A stretch of DNA of 64,000 bases from a virus: positions 12,639 through 76,638 of IMG/VR virus record IMGVR_UViG_3300003323_001224. One strand, 5' to 3'. Both the position numbers and the translations under genes were made by a program. How positions within the stretch are numbered: position 1 is the first letter of the stretch; each line of letters begins with the position of its first letter. The notes under the pieces were generated by a model. The model saw only the letters and a list, made by a program, of their open reading frames with translations, was not told where the DNA came from and searched no databases. Of this stretch, positions 1 to 9,800 are shown in pieces.

Positions 1-47
1 GCTGATCTATTACCAATGGTAAAGACACGACAAATATAATAATTTTT

Positions 48-809
48 GTGGTCTACCAAAGCCTTGATAATATTACCCGTTCATTGCTTTTGCAAAAAGG
101 CTTGCCGTTGCATTACTATCTGCAATTTTTAAAGTATTGTGCCGATGGGTTCAGGGAGCTGTGTATTGACAGCATGAGAGCGATCAATACAAAAATTATT
201 ACTATTGATCGGCGCAATATGGCAGCGGATCTTCCATGCGATTACATCGATTGGATAAAGGTGGGCGTTCCGCAAGGCCAGTTTGTGCAGCCGTTGGTCC
301 AACGAACATCTATAAACAGGTTGACTAAATATACGACAACTGGACAGCCAACAACCTACGGGACGCCCAACACAGTAAATATGGACTTCCCCTTCTGGCC
401 CGGGTACTGGATGTTTCAAAACATCGACGACCTGGGAGAGAACGTAGGTCGCTTATTTGGTTATAATACAGCATTTACCTCCAACAGCTTTAAAGTCATT
501 CCCGAACGGGGGCAGATACAGTTGAACGAGGCCATTAACGCAAATGTAATTGTACTGGAGTACATCAGCTCAGGCATGACCATTGACAACGTAACGAAAG
601 TAGACCCACTTTGTCAGGCGTGTTTAGAGGCATATATGGATTGGAAATACAAGCAACATTCTACGCGTTTTTCTCAAGGCGAGGCAGAAGCAGCGTTCCA
701 ACATTATAAAATAGAATATCGGCGGTTTAGAGCACGAAAAAATGAGCTTACTCCCTATGACATTCGAAATATCATTTATAAGAATTATATAGCAGCTCCC
801 AAAACATAA
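48..809 (+). CDS. Putative tail tubular protein (crAss-like, P22 gp4-like position)
   Basis: 253-aa ORF coupled (TAATG) to the large tail stabilisation-like gene; size and synteny fit crAss-like tail modules. Confidence 0.55.
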   Translation: MVYQSLDNITRSLLLQKGLPLHYYLQFLKYCADGFRELCIDSMRAINTKIITIDRRNMAADLPCDYIDWIKVGVPQGQFVQPLVQRTSINRLTKYTTTGQPTTYGTPNTVNMDFPFWPGYWMFQNIDDLGENVGRLFGYNTAFTSNSFKVIPERGQIQLNEAINANVIVLEYISSGMTIDNVTKVDPLCQACLEAYMDWKYKQHSTRFSQGEAEAAFQHYKIEYRRFRARKNELTPYDIRNIIYKNYIAAPKT

Positions 810-3800
810 TGCAGCACGAAAAAAATTATTGGGAAGGATTATTGAATGCGGACGATGGCGATGCATTTATACAGCTTACCGAATATATAAACTGTACGGA
901 TTTTCGTTTTGGCATCTTACCAGATCAAAACGTTTCCAAACAGTTACAAGCCAACGGAGGGACTGCCTTAATTCCTAACGCTGGTCTACCATCTGGTGAA
1001 AATATAACAATTGGTATTGCTTATGATGACCCTCATAAGCGTACAGTGTATTTTACGTGGAACAGCTTAGCGGAACATTGCATATGGTGTTTCGATCAAT
1101 ACGCCGGTGTGATATATAAGATACTGTCTAGTTCGCAGGTGACGGGGGGGCTGTCATTCGATAAAGATCACTTGATCCATTCAGCAAGAGTCGCAAATGG
1201 ATGTGTGTACTGGACCGACGATCTCAATGAGCCTCGTCGTATAAATATTGATGCAGGGATCAAAATGAACCAATCCGGCTACATTACATCAACGATGCCG
1301 TACATCTCGCCTCTTTCCCAAGCGATAATAACAGTAATCAGGAGGCAACCCGGGCTTCCGCCCAATGCGATCCCATTTACCTCTTCCGTTCTCGCGGATC
1401 GGACAGGTTTAGAATCATTTACCTTTTCATATCGTTACATTTATAGGGATTATGAATCATCTACACTGTCTGCACAATCATCCGCAGTCTTGTTTAATTC
1501 GGATGGCAATCCGAATAATGCAATCAATGCTTCGATTCCTTTTGCAGAACATATAGATCAGGACGTTATTGAGATCGATATGGTGGCTAACTACCTGGTG
1601 ACAGGGGGCGCCTTTATCATTCATTCCTGGAGGAAATCGATAGCCTCAGATGCTGCGGAAATAGCAGCTCATAATAACGGTACGACCCCGTTAACCTACT
1701 TGTTTTACAATAATACGGCTGGGATCGCGCTTGATCTGGCTTATGCAAACAAGATCTTCGATGTAGTACCTATTGCATCAAAGACGCTGGAACTGGCAAA
1801 GAATAGATTATATTTCGCAAATATTCTCACCGGGTATACATCGCCTACAACAACCTCGCTTAATTTCGCGCCAATAACCATAGATTTTGATGGGAGCGGT
1901 TCAGTTATTACGGGGGAATGGTTCTTATTGAAATACGTAACATTTACAGGGTTTGTTTCGACTTATGTTCTTCAGACCACGCACAATTTTATTGAATATC
2001 CTCCCGGTGCGGTTCAAATATTTACCTGGAGTACGACCGTACCCCCCTTCCCAACGAGCGTAAATTTCACCGATTTGACTTTCAGGGGCAATTCTCCATT
2101 TCAAGCTGCCAAGAGCCTAAACTCGGCTGCGTTAGCTGTTGCTTCTTATATAGACCAGGGACGTTCCTCTAATATATTGAGTGCACCAAGCCCTAGTAAT
2201 AACTTTGGCACCGTATTCAAATCAAATGCTCAATATCAGATCGCGATTCATTTTAAGGATAACTATGGCAGAGAATGCGGTGCCGTGACACTACCGGCAT
2301 TTACATTGAACACACCTGATACAGGTTTAACTACATCGACTTTCTATAAATATATAACGTGGTCATTGAGTAATGCAAACGCGGTGAATGAAATACCTGA
2401 TTTTGCTTATTACTATTCCATAGATATTACCAAGTGCTTACGCACCAGATTTTTTGTGCAATCGTTAGGAGCCATGATATACGCTGCCAAGGATGCAGAT
2501 GGAAACTACACATTCACAACGACAACTTATTCATTACAAAATTTTGGAATAGCCATTGATCTCACCATACTCAATGCGTACGGTATGGGATATTTATTTA
2601 CGCAAGGCGATTTTGTTGAACTATATGTCAACGGTAACCTGCAAGTGCTGCCGGTCATAGCGCAGTCGGCTCAATACGTTATTTGTAAGTTAGCCGATGT
2701 AGGCACGCTTAGTCCTGCAACAGGGATATTTGAAATTTACACCCCATATCAATCGCAAGCCAATGAGCCTTTTTTTGAACAGGGGCAACTATATACCATA
2801 TTAAATCCTGGAACGCCCAGCAAAATGTATAGTGCCGTTTCGGGCAACTTATCCGGGGATGTAACGATTTTGAGGCGCGACAACAGCGGTGCTATCTATT
2901 TCACAGAGGCTATGAGCCCGCAGGATAAGATGTATAAATACTGGTTTACCAATGCAGGACGCCCCATTTTCGTAGATTATATTGGGCAGGTCAGAAAAAC
3001 AAGTTCTTATCAATTCAGTAATACATTCATTGCAGGTTCGCAAAACAATGGGTTATCGACTTTCGATGCATTGGATAGTGGGGATATCGGTTCTGACTTC
3101 GGCGCCATTCAAAAGCTACAATTAAGCAGCAAAGTGCAGAAGATCGGTTCCGTGATGCTGGCTATCTGCGATGGGCCGGCGACGGCTTCGATGTACCTGG
3201 GAGAGAATACACTTATTAGCCAAACAGGGGATGCGGTAGTGGCACAAGCGAATACGGTAGTGGGCAGTATACATGAATTAAAAGGGGCATTCGGTACACT
3301 GCATCCGGAAAGCGTGTTGGAATTTCGAGGTAATATTTATTGGTTCGATGTACAAAACGGCAAAGTTGTACAATATGCTGAAAATGGTTTATTCGCAATC
3401 AGCAATTACAAGATGAGTCGTTTTTGGAAGTTGTTCAGTGATCAATATAAAGCAATGACTGCTGAACAGATTGAGGCTTTAGGGAATAGACCTTTTATCT
3501 TTTCATGCGTGGACCCTCAATCTGAAGATCTGCTTTTTTCCGTGCCAAAGGTATTGCAGTCGGCCCCAAATGGAAATCTTCCGGACTATCCCAGCATTCC
3601 ATATCCCTTCGATATTTACGATGGAATCGGGAAAACATTGGTCTATAAATTAACAGCGCAACCGAATCGATGGCAGGGGTCATATAGTTTTCAACCAGAT
3701 TACATGTTTTACCTGGGAAATGAATTGTATTCATTTAAAAATGGGGAGTTGTACATCCATAACCAACAGCAGAACTACTGCCAATATTATGGCGTTCAAT

Positions 3801-4165
3801 ACTTCCCCGCTGTTATGTTTTTATGCAACCAGCAATTGAACAAACCCAGGCTTCCGAAGAATATCAGCGCGGAAGCAAACAAGCCCCCGTCTTTTGTATA
3901 CCTTATGACGCGCTACCCCTATATCCAGGCTACGGATGCTTTAAGTTCAGATTTTGTGAACAAAGAAGGAATATTCTATGCCGATGTGATGAGGAATAAA
4001 TTAGATCCGCGCTTCAACAATGAGTATGGGAAGGCGTTGGTTGCCGGTGAGGAACTTAGAGCTACGGCCATCTATGTAATGGCGCAATGGGATGCTACAC
4101 AGGGCAACATACAGGTAAAATTTTTCAACATCTCCTATGCGCTTAGTCTGGGACAACCAGTATGA
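809..4165 (+). CDS. Putative tail stabilisation protein (P22 gp10-like)
   Basis: 1118-aa beta-rich ORF with YWTDDLNEPRRINI, NRLYFANI, HPESV..YWFD and FVNKEGIFYA motifs typical of crAss-like Tstab. Confidence 0.7.
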   Translation: MQHEKNYWEGLLNADDGDAFIQLTEYINCTDFRFGILPDQNVSKQLQANGGTALIPNAGLPSGENITIGIAYDDPHKRTVYFTWNSLAEHCIWCFDQYAGVIYKILSSSQVTGGLSFDKDHLIHSARVANGCVYWTDDLNEPRRINIDAGIKMNQSGYITSTMPYISPLSQAIITVIRRQPGLPPNAIPFTSSVLADRTGLESFTFSYRYIYRDYESSTLSAQSSAVLFNSDGNPNNAINASIPFAEHIDQDVIEIDMVANYLVTGGAFIIHSWRKSIASDAAEIAAHNNGTTPLTYLFYNNTAGIALDLAYANKIFDVVPIASKTLELAKNRLYFANILTGYTSPTTTSLNFAPITIDFDGSGSVITGEWFLLKYVTFTGFVSTYVLQTTHNFIEYPPGAVQIFTWSTTVPPFPTSVNFTDLTFRGNSPFQAAKSLNSAALAVASYIDQGRSSNILSAPSPSNNFGTVFKSNAQYQIAIHFKDNYGRECGAVTLPAFTLNTPDTGLTTSTFYKYITWSLSNANAVNEIPDFAYYYSIDITKCLRTRFFVQSLGAMIYAAKDADGNYTFTTTTYSLQNFGIAIDLTILNAYGMGYLFTQGDFVELYVNGNLQVLPVIAQSAQYVICKLADVGTLSPATGIFEIYTPYQSQANEPFFEQGQLYTILNPGTPSKMYSAVSGNLSGDVTILRRDNSGAIYFTEAMSPQDKMYKYWFTNAGRPIFVDYIGQVRKTSSYQFSNTFIAGSQNNGLSTFDALDSGDIGSDFGAIQKLQLSSKVQKIGSVMLAICDGPATASMYLGENTLISQTGDAVVAQANTVVGSIHELKGAFGTLHPESVLEFRGNIYWFDVQNGKVVQYAENGLFAISNYKMSRFWKLFSDQYKAMTAEQIEALGNRPFIFSCVDPQSEDLLFSVPKVLQSAPNGNLPDYPSIPYPFDIYDGIGKTLVYKLTAQPNRWQGSYSFQPDYMFYLGNELYSFKNGELYIHNQQQNYCQYYGVQYFPAVMFLCNQQLNKPRLPKNISAEANKPPSFVYLMTRYPYIQATDALSSDFVNKEGIFYADVMRNKLDPRFNNEYGKALVAGEELRATAIYVMAQWDATQGNIQVKFFNISYALSLGQPV

Positions 4166-4169
4166 AGAA

Positions 4170-4189
4170 AGCCGCATGGATATGCGGCT
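4170..4189. terminator. Hairpin AGCCGCAT/ATGCGGCT, probable intrinsic terminator (T-tail on - strand)
   Basis: 8-bp perfect stem right after the tail gene stop. Confidence 0.5.
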
Positions 4190-4248
4190 CGATTTAGTGT
4201 AATGGTTCTGAAACCACTATAGACTGAAGCAAATGTACAAAAAAAATC

Positions 4249-4971
4249 ATGAACCCACTCAGCTTGCTCAACTTAGGTGTAGGAGGCATAGGCGCCATTG
4301 GCGGTCTTGTCAATATGTTCGGCAGCGGCAACAAGCTGGCGTCGCTGTATAAACAGGACCCCACCTACACGGCTAACCCCATCGCCAACCAACGCATGGG
4401 GATGGCGCAGACCCTGCTGAACGCCCGCATGCCTGGGGCTACAGCGATGGAGCGTAATATATATGGTAATCAGGCAAATCAATTAGCTAATGTCAACAGA
4501 AATGCGACAGATGCCAGCCAGGCTCTGGCGTTAGGTGCCGCTGCACAAGGGCAAACGAATCAGGCATTTCAAAATCTGGGCACACAGGAACAGCAGGACT
4601 ATTATAATAGGTTGCAGAACCTAACCAGTGCACAGCAAGGGGTGATCGCTGAAGGGGATAAGGTGTATCAAGATAAAGTACGGCGCTTTAACGACTTGGC
4701 TTCGTTGAAGGGCGCGCAGATGCAGAATACACAGAACGCATGGAACAGTCTGGCCAATCTGGGATTTGGCGCTGCCGGCATATCTTCTATGTGGGGTGGG
4801 GGCGGCGCTGGTGGCAATAACAGAATGGTAAATCCTTCTGCCGCAGCTAATAGTTTCATGGGCATGAATCCGGCTGCAACTGGCAATTCTGTTGGCGGGA
4901 GTTATGCGCCCGGCTGGATAAACCCCTATGCAGCTCAAGGCATGAATCCTACGTGGATGCAACAATTTTAA
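4249..4971 (+). CDS. Putative internal virion / DNA pilot (ejection) protein
   Basis: 240 aa, Gly/Ala-rich hydrophobic ends and a Q/A/N-rich helical core; follows tail genes as in podoviruses. Confidence 0.5.
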   Translation: MNPLSLLNLGVGGIGAIGGLVNMFGSGNKLASLYKQDPTYTANPIANQRMGMAQTLLNARMPGATAMERNIYGNQANQLANVNRNATDASQALALGAAAQGQTNQAFQNLGTQEQQDYYNRLQNLTSAQQGVIAEGDKVYQDKVRRFNDLASLKGAQMQNTQNAWNSLANLGFGAAGISSMWGGGGAGGNNRMVNPSAAANSFMGMNPAATGNSVGGSYAPGWINPYAAQGMNPTWMQQF

Positions 4972-4975
4972 GAAG

Positions 4976-6874
4976 ATGGCACTTAATGCGAATGAATTTA
5001 TTTTACCCGGTTTTGGCGGCGGCGATCCAGCTGCCGCGCTCCAGACCTTCGGCAATAAGCTGTATTTGAGGAATATGCAGGCTGAGCGACTTCGCCTTGC
5101 TAAAGAAGGTAAGCGTCAACAGGCTGGCAAGTTCCTAGAGGACTACCTTTCACCTAAAGACTATTTGACGGGAACCGCCTATGATCCGGTCATCAACCAG
5201 GGATTACAAGCTGCATTACAGCACGGGGCTGCATTAGCTGAGCAGGGGGCGGATATACCGCAGCTGTTGACGCAGCTTGGCCCCATGATGGGGCAGATTA
5301 CTGAGTACAGTACAAAAGCAAAAGCGATCAATAGTCAAATTGACAATCAGATTAAAGAAATGCGGGCCATGGGTTATGCGGGTCATGACTATATGAAAGT
5401 GGCGGACATGGCCCGTAAAATGGCCTTTCATCAGTTCGACCCAAATACGGGACAAGATGTAGGGCTAAATGAAATTTCCAAGGTTGACCCATCGGTAAAT
5501 TGGGTGCAACGTGCAATTCAGGAACATCCGGAAGAGGTGACAACGGCTGAAGGGCTAGACCAGTATGTGAAGAATTATCCGCAGGTAAAAAACTCTACGG
5601 ATGCAACGACTTATACGCCTAGTGGACAAATGAGTCGGAATAAAGTGAATCTCGTTGGACAGGGCTATTTGCAACCGGAGGTAGATGAAAGAGGAGTTGT
5701 AACAGGGTTAGTGCCCGCCTACGAGCATGCAACAGATCAGGGACAACCTATTTTGCACGACTTCGTAAATAATGAAGGCAAGCATGTAACTGCTCCTGTC
5801 CGTTTATTGGATGAGGGATACTTCAATGAAGCAGTAAGTCATAAAGGCATCGGCGATTGGCTGAGAGGACAGGTCAAACAACATCTTAATGAATACCAAA
5901 CACGCACCGGTCAGCCTATAGACATGAATAGCGTGCAAGCGCATCAGGTAGCGAGGGCTATAATGTACGATGAACTGAAGCGCCGCTCTCCCGGCAGCAT
6001 CCAGTACCAGGATGTCATTGGTAAACCCAGCGCCGCGCAGGTTCAACTGAACACGTTTGGCGATAAGCGGCAGCAGGCATACGACAATACGATGGGGAAA
6101 ATGGATGCTTATAATGAATTGGGCATCCCTTACCCTGGAGCGACAAAGAGTGAAAAACCTTTGAATCCCATTGAGACAATACACCAGTTGTTCAAAAATA
6201 ATGAAAACTATCTCACAGGAGATTTTGAAACAATTAATGGCCATGACGTGATAGATGTAACACCGAATTTCAAAGGGGGGCTTTTCAAATTTGGAAAAGG
6301 GCAAAGTGGAACTTACTCTCATGTTTACTTTGACCCACGTCGTCGTAAATTAATGTTAGAAGACGCTGAGGGGGGTAAGATTGTCGAACAGGGCGAACAA
6401 GGGTTAAAGGAATTCGCTAAGAAAATTGCAGCTGTGAATAATGTAAATCCAGATGTTGTAGATCCAAGCTTTAGAAATGCTGGGTATAACAATAAAAATC
6501 AGACATATTCGAATACAGATTTGCCTGCTGCTATACAACAGCGATATACAGATCTTGCAAATGAAAGAGAAGCGAAAATAAATAAGAGTATTGATGATTT
6601 TATAACCAATAAAAATTGGGATGCCTTGAAGGGGATTAAAACCCCTCAAGGAAAAATCACAGATGTCAGTAGCGCATGGTATGGCGGTAAGTACAAAATA
6701 GAATATAAGGACAAGAATGGCACTACACAGGTAAAGCGAATTAAAGATAAGGCAGAGCTTGAGCAGTTTATTAAGGGAACAATAAGCACTTCTCAACCAG
6801 CAACCGCAGTAAAATCGGATAGCACATCCAAAAAAGAACCTTCGGATATAGACCTCATTAATAAATATCGGTAG
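4976..6874 (+). CDS. Putative internal virion (ejection) protein
   Basis: 632-aa ORF between the pilot-like gene and the very large gene. Confidence 0.45.
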   Translation: MALNANEFILPGFGGGDPAAALQTFGNKLYLRNMQAERLRLAKEGKRQQAGKFLEDYLSPKDYLTGTAYDPVINQGLQAALQHGAALAEQGADIPQLLTQLGPMMGQITEYSTKAKAINSQIDNQIKEMRAMGYAGHDYMKVADMARKMAFHQFDPNTGQDVGLNEISKVDPSVNWVQRAIQEHPEEVTTAEGLDQYVKNYPQVKNSTDATTYTPSGQMSRNKVNLVGQGYLQPEVDERGVVTGLVPAYEHATDQGQPILHDFVNNEGKHVTAPVRLLDEGYFNEAVSHKGIGDWLRGQVKQHLNEYQTRTGQPIDMNSVQAHQVARAIMYDELKRRSPGSIQYQDVIGKPSAAQVQLNTFGDKRQQAYDNTMGKMDAYNELGIPYPGATKSEKPLNPIETIHQLFKNNENYLTGDFETINGHDVIDVTPNFKGGLFKFGKGQSGTYSHVYFDPRRRKLMLEDAEGGKIVEQGEQGLKEFAKKIAAVNNVNPDVVDPSFRNAGYNNKNQTYSNTDLPAAIQQRYTDLANEREAKINKSIDDFITNKNWDALKGIKTPQGKITDVSSAWYGGKYKIEYKDKNGTTQVKRIKDKAELEQFIKGTISTSQPATAVKSDSTSKKEPSDIDLINKYR

Positions 6875-6880
6875 TAGCAA

Positions 6881-9800
6881 ATGGCAGAAGAGGAGATTAT
6901 AGCATCCCCAGAAGAAGAGCAGCAAGTCGATGACCAGCCTCAAGGCCCTGGTCCAGGCCCTCAATTACCTGAAGCTAATCAAAGGGAGCTGGCCAATATA
7001 ATACGAAAGATGCAGGCGGATAATATTCCGGACGATAGGATCAAGTCAGTTGTGCATACTTACTATAGCAAATATGCAACAGCCCCTATTGAGCAACCGA
7101 ACTATAGACAGATCCCCCGAGAACAAAGACGCCAGGAGGGCGTAACTCCCACTCAGCAAACTGAACAGCGCTTGGATATCAGCCAAGATCCGAACGCTGT
7201 CGCCCGCAGGGAACGATATGGTAACATGCGCAAGCAGGCCATCCAGGAAATAGAAAGTCCCGAATGGCAGAAAAAGATATTTGGGGGCGAAAGACCCGCA
7301 TTGACAGATTATCCGGATATGCCCGTGCAGGCTTTTCAAAAAGTAAATCCAAAAGCGCTGGATGAGTATCTCAATACGGTTGATCTCGACCCTGCTAATA
7401 AATATTGGCTACGCAATCAGCTATTAAATTATGGTAAGTTCCGCCAGTCGCAATTTTATGTTGAGCAAAGAGCAAAGGCAAAGATTGACGCTATGCCGGA
7501 AGCCGATCGTAATAATGAGGTGCTTGTCAATAAGGCCTATCAACAAGCTTCTCAAGAATTTGACAAGCATGAGACGGATGCGATAGCTAATAGGCTTAAT
7601 AATATCGGCCTGGATGACAGACCGCTGCGAGGTTCATCGCCCTTTCACGATCAGATCACCGGGGCTAACAAGGCGCTTATGGGGGTTATGAATTATGCTG
7701 CTGACTTGGGACAGCAGGTAAGCTCCATCTTGGAGCTGGGGCATGTGCCTGGATTAAGCGATTTAGGGTACAAGCTCAAAACAACTGCTGATAATCTAAA
7801 AGCCAAAAATGAAATTCCGCAAAATGGGGAAGCAGGGAATTTACTTGCTGGAGAAATTCTTCCCATGGCGTTGGATATGGAAGCGCTCCGTAGGCTAACG
7901 GGAGCAGCGGGAAGACCATTATATCGTTCACTAGCGGGAGCAAGAGCTTCCGGGACATTAGGCAAATTCGCCGAGGGGGCTTTAGGAGGGGTGGCGGTAA
8001 GCCCCGTGAATAGTTATATCATCGCCCATCAATACTATAATGATCTGGTTAAAAACGGGGAAGAGCCTGGCAAAGCGGCTACGAAGGCCGATCAGCTGCT
8101 GGGTAAAAACCTGGCGACGGACATGCTAATGACGCCATTGCAAATGGGCTTGTTGAAAATACCGGCAGGAAACTGGATTAAGAAAGCATTGCTCGTTGCT
8201 CCAGCTGAAGGGGTTGTCGCCGGCACCCATTTCACTTTACAGGATTTCAATCAAAAGAGCACAGAGAATCCGGCCATGCATATCATGGATTACCTGGGAA
8301 ATGGAGAATGGAAAAGTCCTTTCATAACTGGCGCAGCTTTGGGAATGCTCCAGAAGAGCGCTGTCGATGCGATGGAAAACTGGAGTGTGAATTCCGAAAG
8401 CAGGAATATGTTTTCGTTTGGTCGCCAATATGGCGGCGATGTGCGCCGTAGTCTCCCCAGCAATGAAACGATAGCGAACAATGTACTTGCCGCTATGGAG
8501 ATAAAAGATGTGCCTAGAAGGACCAATGAATTAAAGGAGCTTACCAATACGTTGCACGAAGAGGGCATCTACTCCAAGAAAGAACTGGACATTGTTGATG
8601 GGATTATAGATGATGTGAGCGCCGTAAAAGATAAGGTGCCAAAATTTGGCTCACCGCAGCAGCGAATGGCGGTATTTAATGAATTACTCAACATCCATTC
8701 TACAGAGAAATTTCTTGCTCAAGCCGGAAACGAGGCGGGCGAAAAATACATTAATGAATTCAATAAAGCAAGTCAGGCCCGCATTCAGCGCATTTTAGCC
8801 GGTGAAGAACCATTGTATTTTATTAACGGCAATGAAACAAACAAAGAGCAATTGTTAAGAGCATTGAATGAAAACCCGGAACTACTCGAAAGCAAAGGTG
8901 TAAAAATTGATATTCATAACGACCCTACTACGATAAAGCAAATTGAACAATTAAAAACGGAAAGAGATGCCATTCAAAAGCAAAGCGCAACAGCGCCTGA
9001 TGTTCGCCCTGCATCCGACAATAGCGAAGCGATGGGCGGACGAAATGAAGGCGAACGGCCAGTCGATCAAGAAGCTGCCGGAGAAGAAACAGGAGAAGAA
9101 GAGCTGAATAAAATGCCTGGAGCAGATAAAGTCGCTGAAGAAATAGACAGCGGCAAGATTACCGATGATGACCTGTTACGCACTATACAATCGTCTATCA
9201 ATGAAACACAACAATCATTACAGGAACTTCCTGAAGGCGCTCCAGCAGAAGCCGGAGGTGATCAAACTAATGGAGGGGTTGGACAGGGAAGCGAGACGGA
9301 GGGTGCTGCATCAGTCCTTCCTGAAACTGGCGAAAGGGCAACACCTGGAGACCAGGATACAGGCACCGAACCCCTATCCAGTGATACAGGCACCGCAGAC
9401 GAGGCTGGGGTAGTACAAGAGGCGGGCATGCCATCCGCCTACATTCCGGAGTTTTATGAACAGGATGTAAAACCAACACTCAAAAACATCTCTGAGAATA
9501 TTAGCGATGCCTATAACCTACTGAAAAGGGCCTATGATCCTCGTGCCGGTGTTTCAGAAAAGGCGTTGACGCATATCATGAAGGCGCTGGGCGATCGCAA
9601 CCACGTTATGGCGATAATGGATGCCGGAATGCGCTCTTTTGAAAAGATGTTTAATAAAATGCCTGATCAGGATCGGATCGATTTTATTGATCGCATGAAG
9701 CGCGGTGTGCCACAGGCGACGCCAGAGCTGGATAAAGTGGCAAAGCTGATTCGCGGGTTGGATGACGCGCTGTATTCGGAGCTAAATAAATTCAAGGCGA

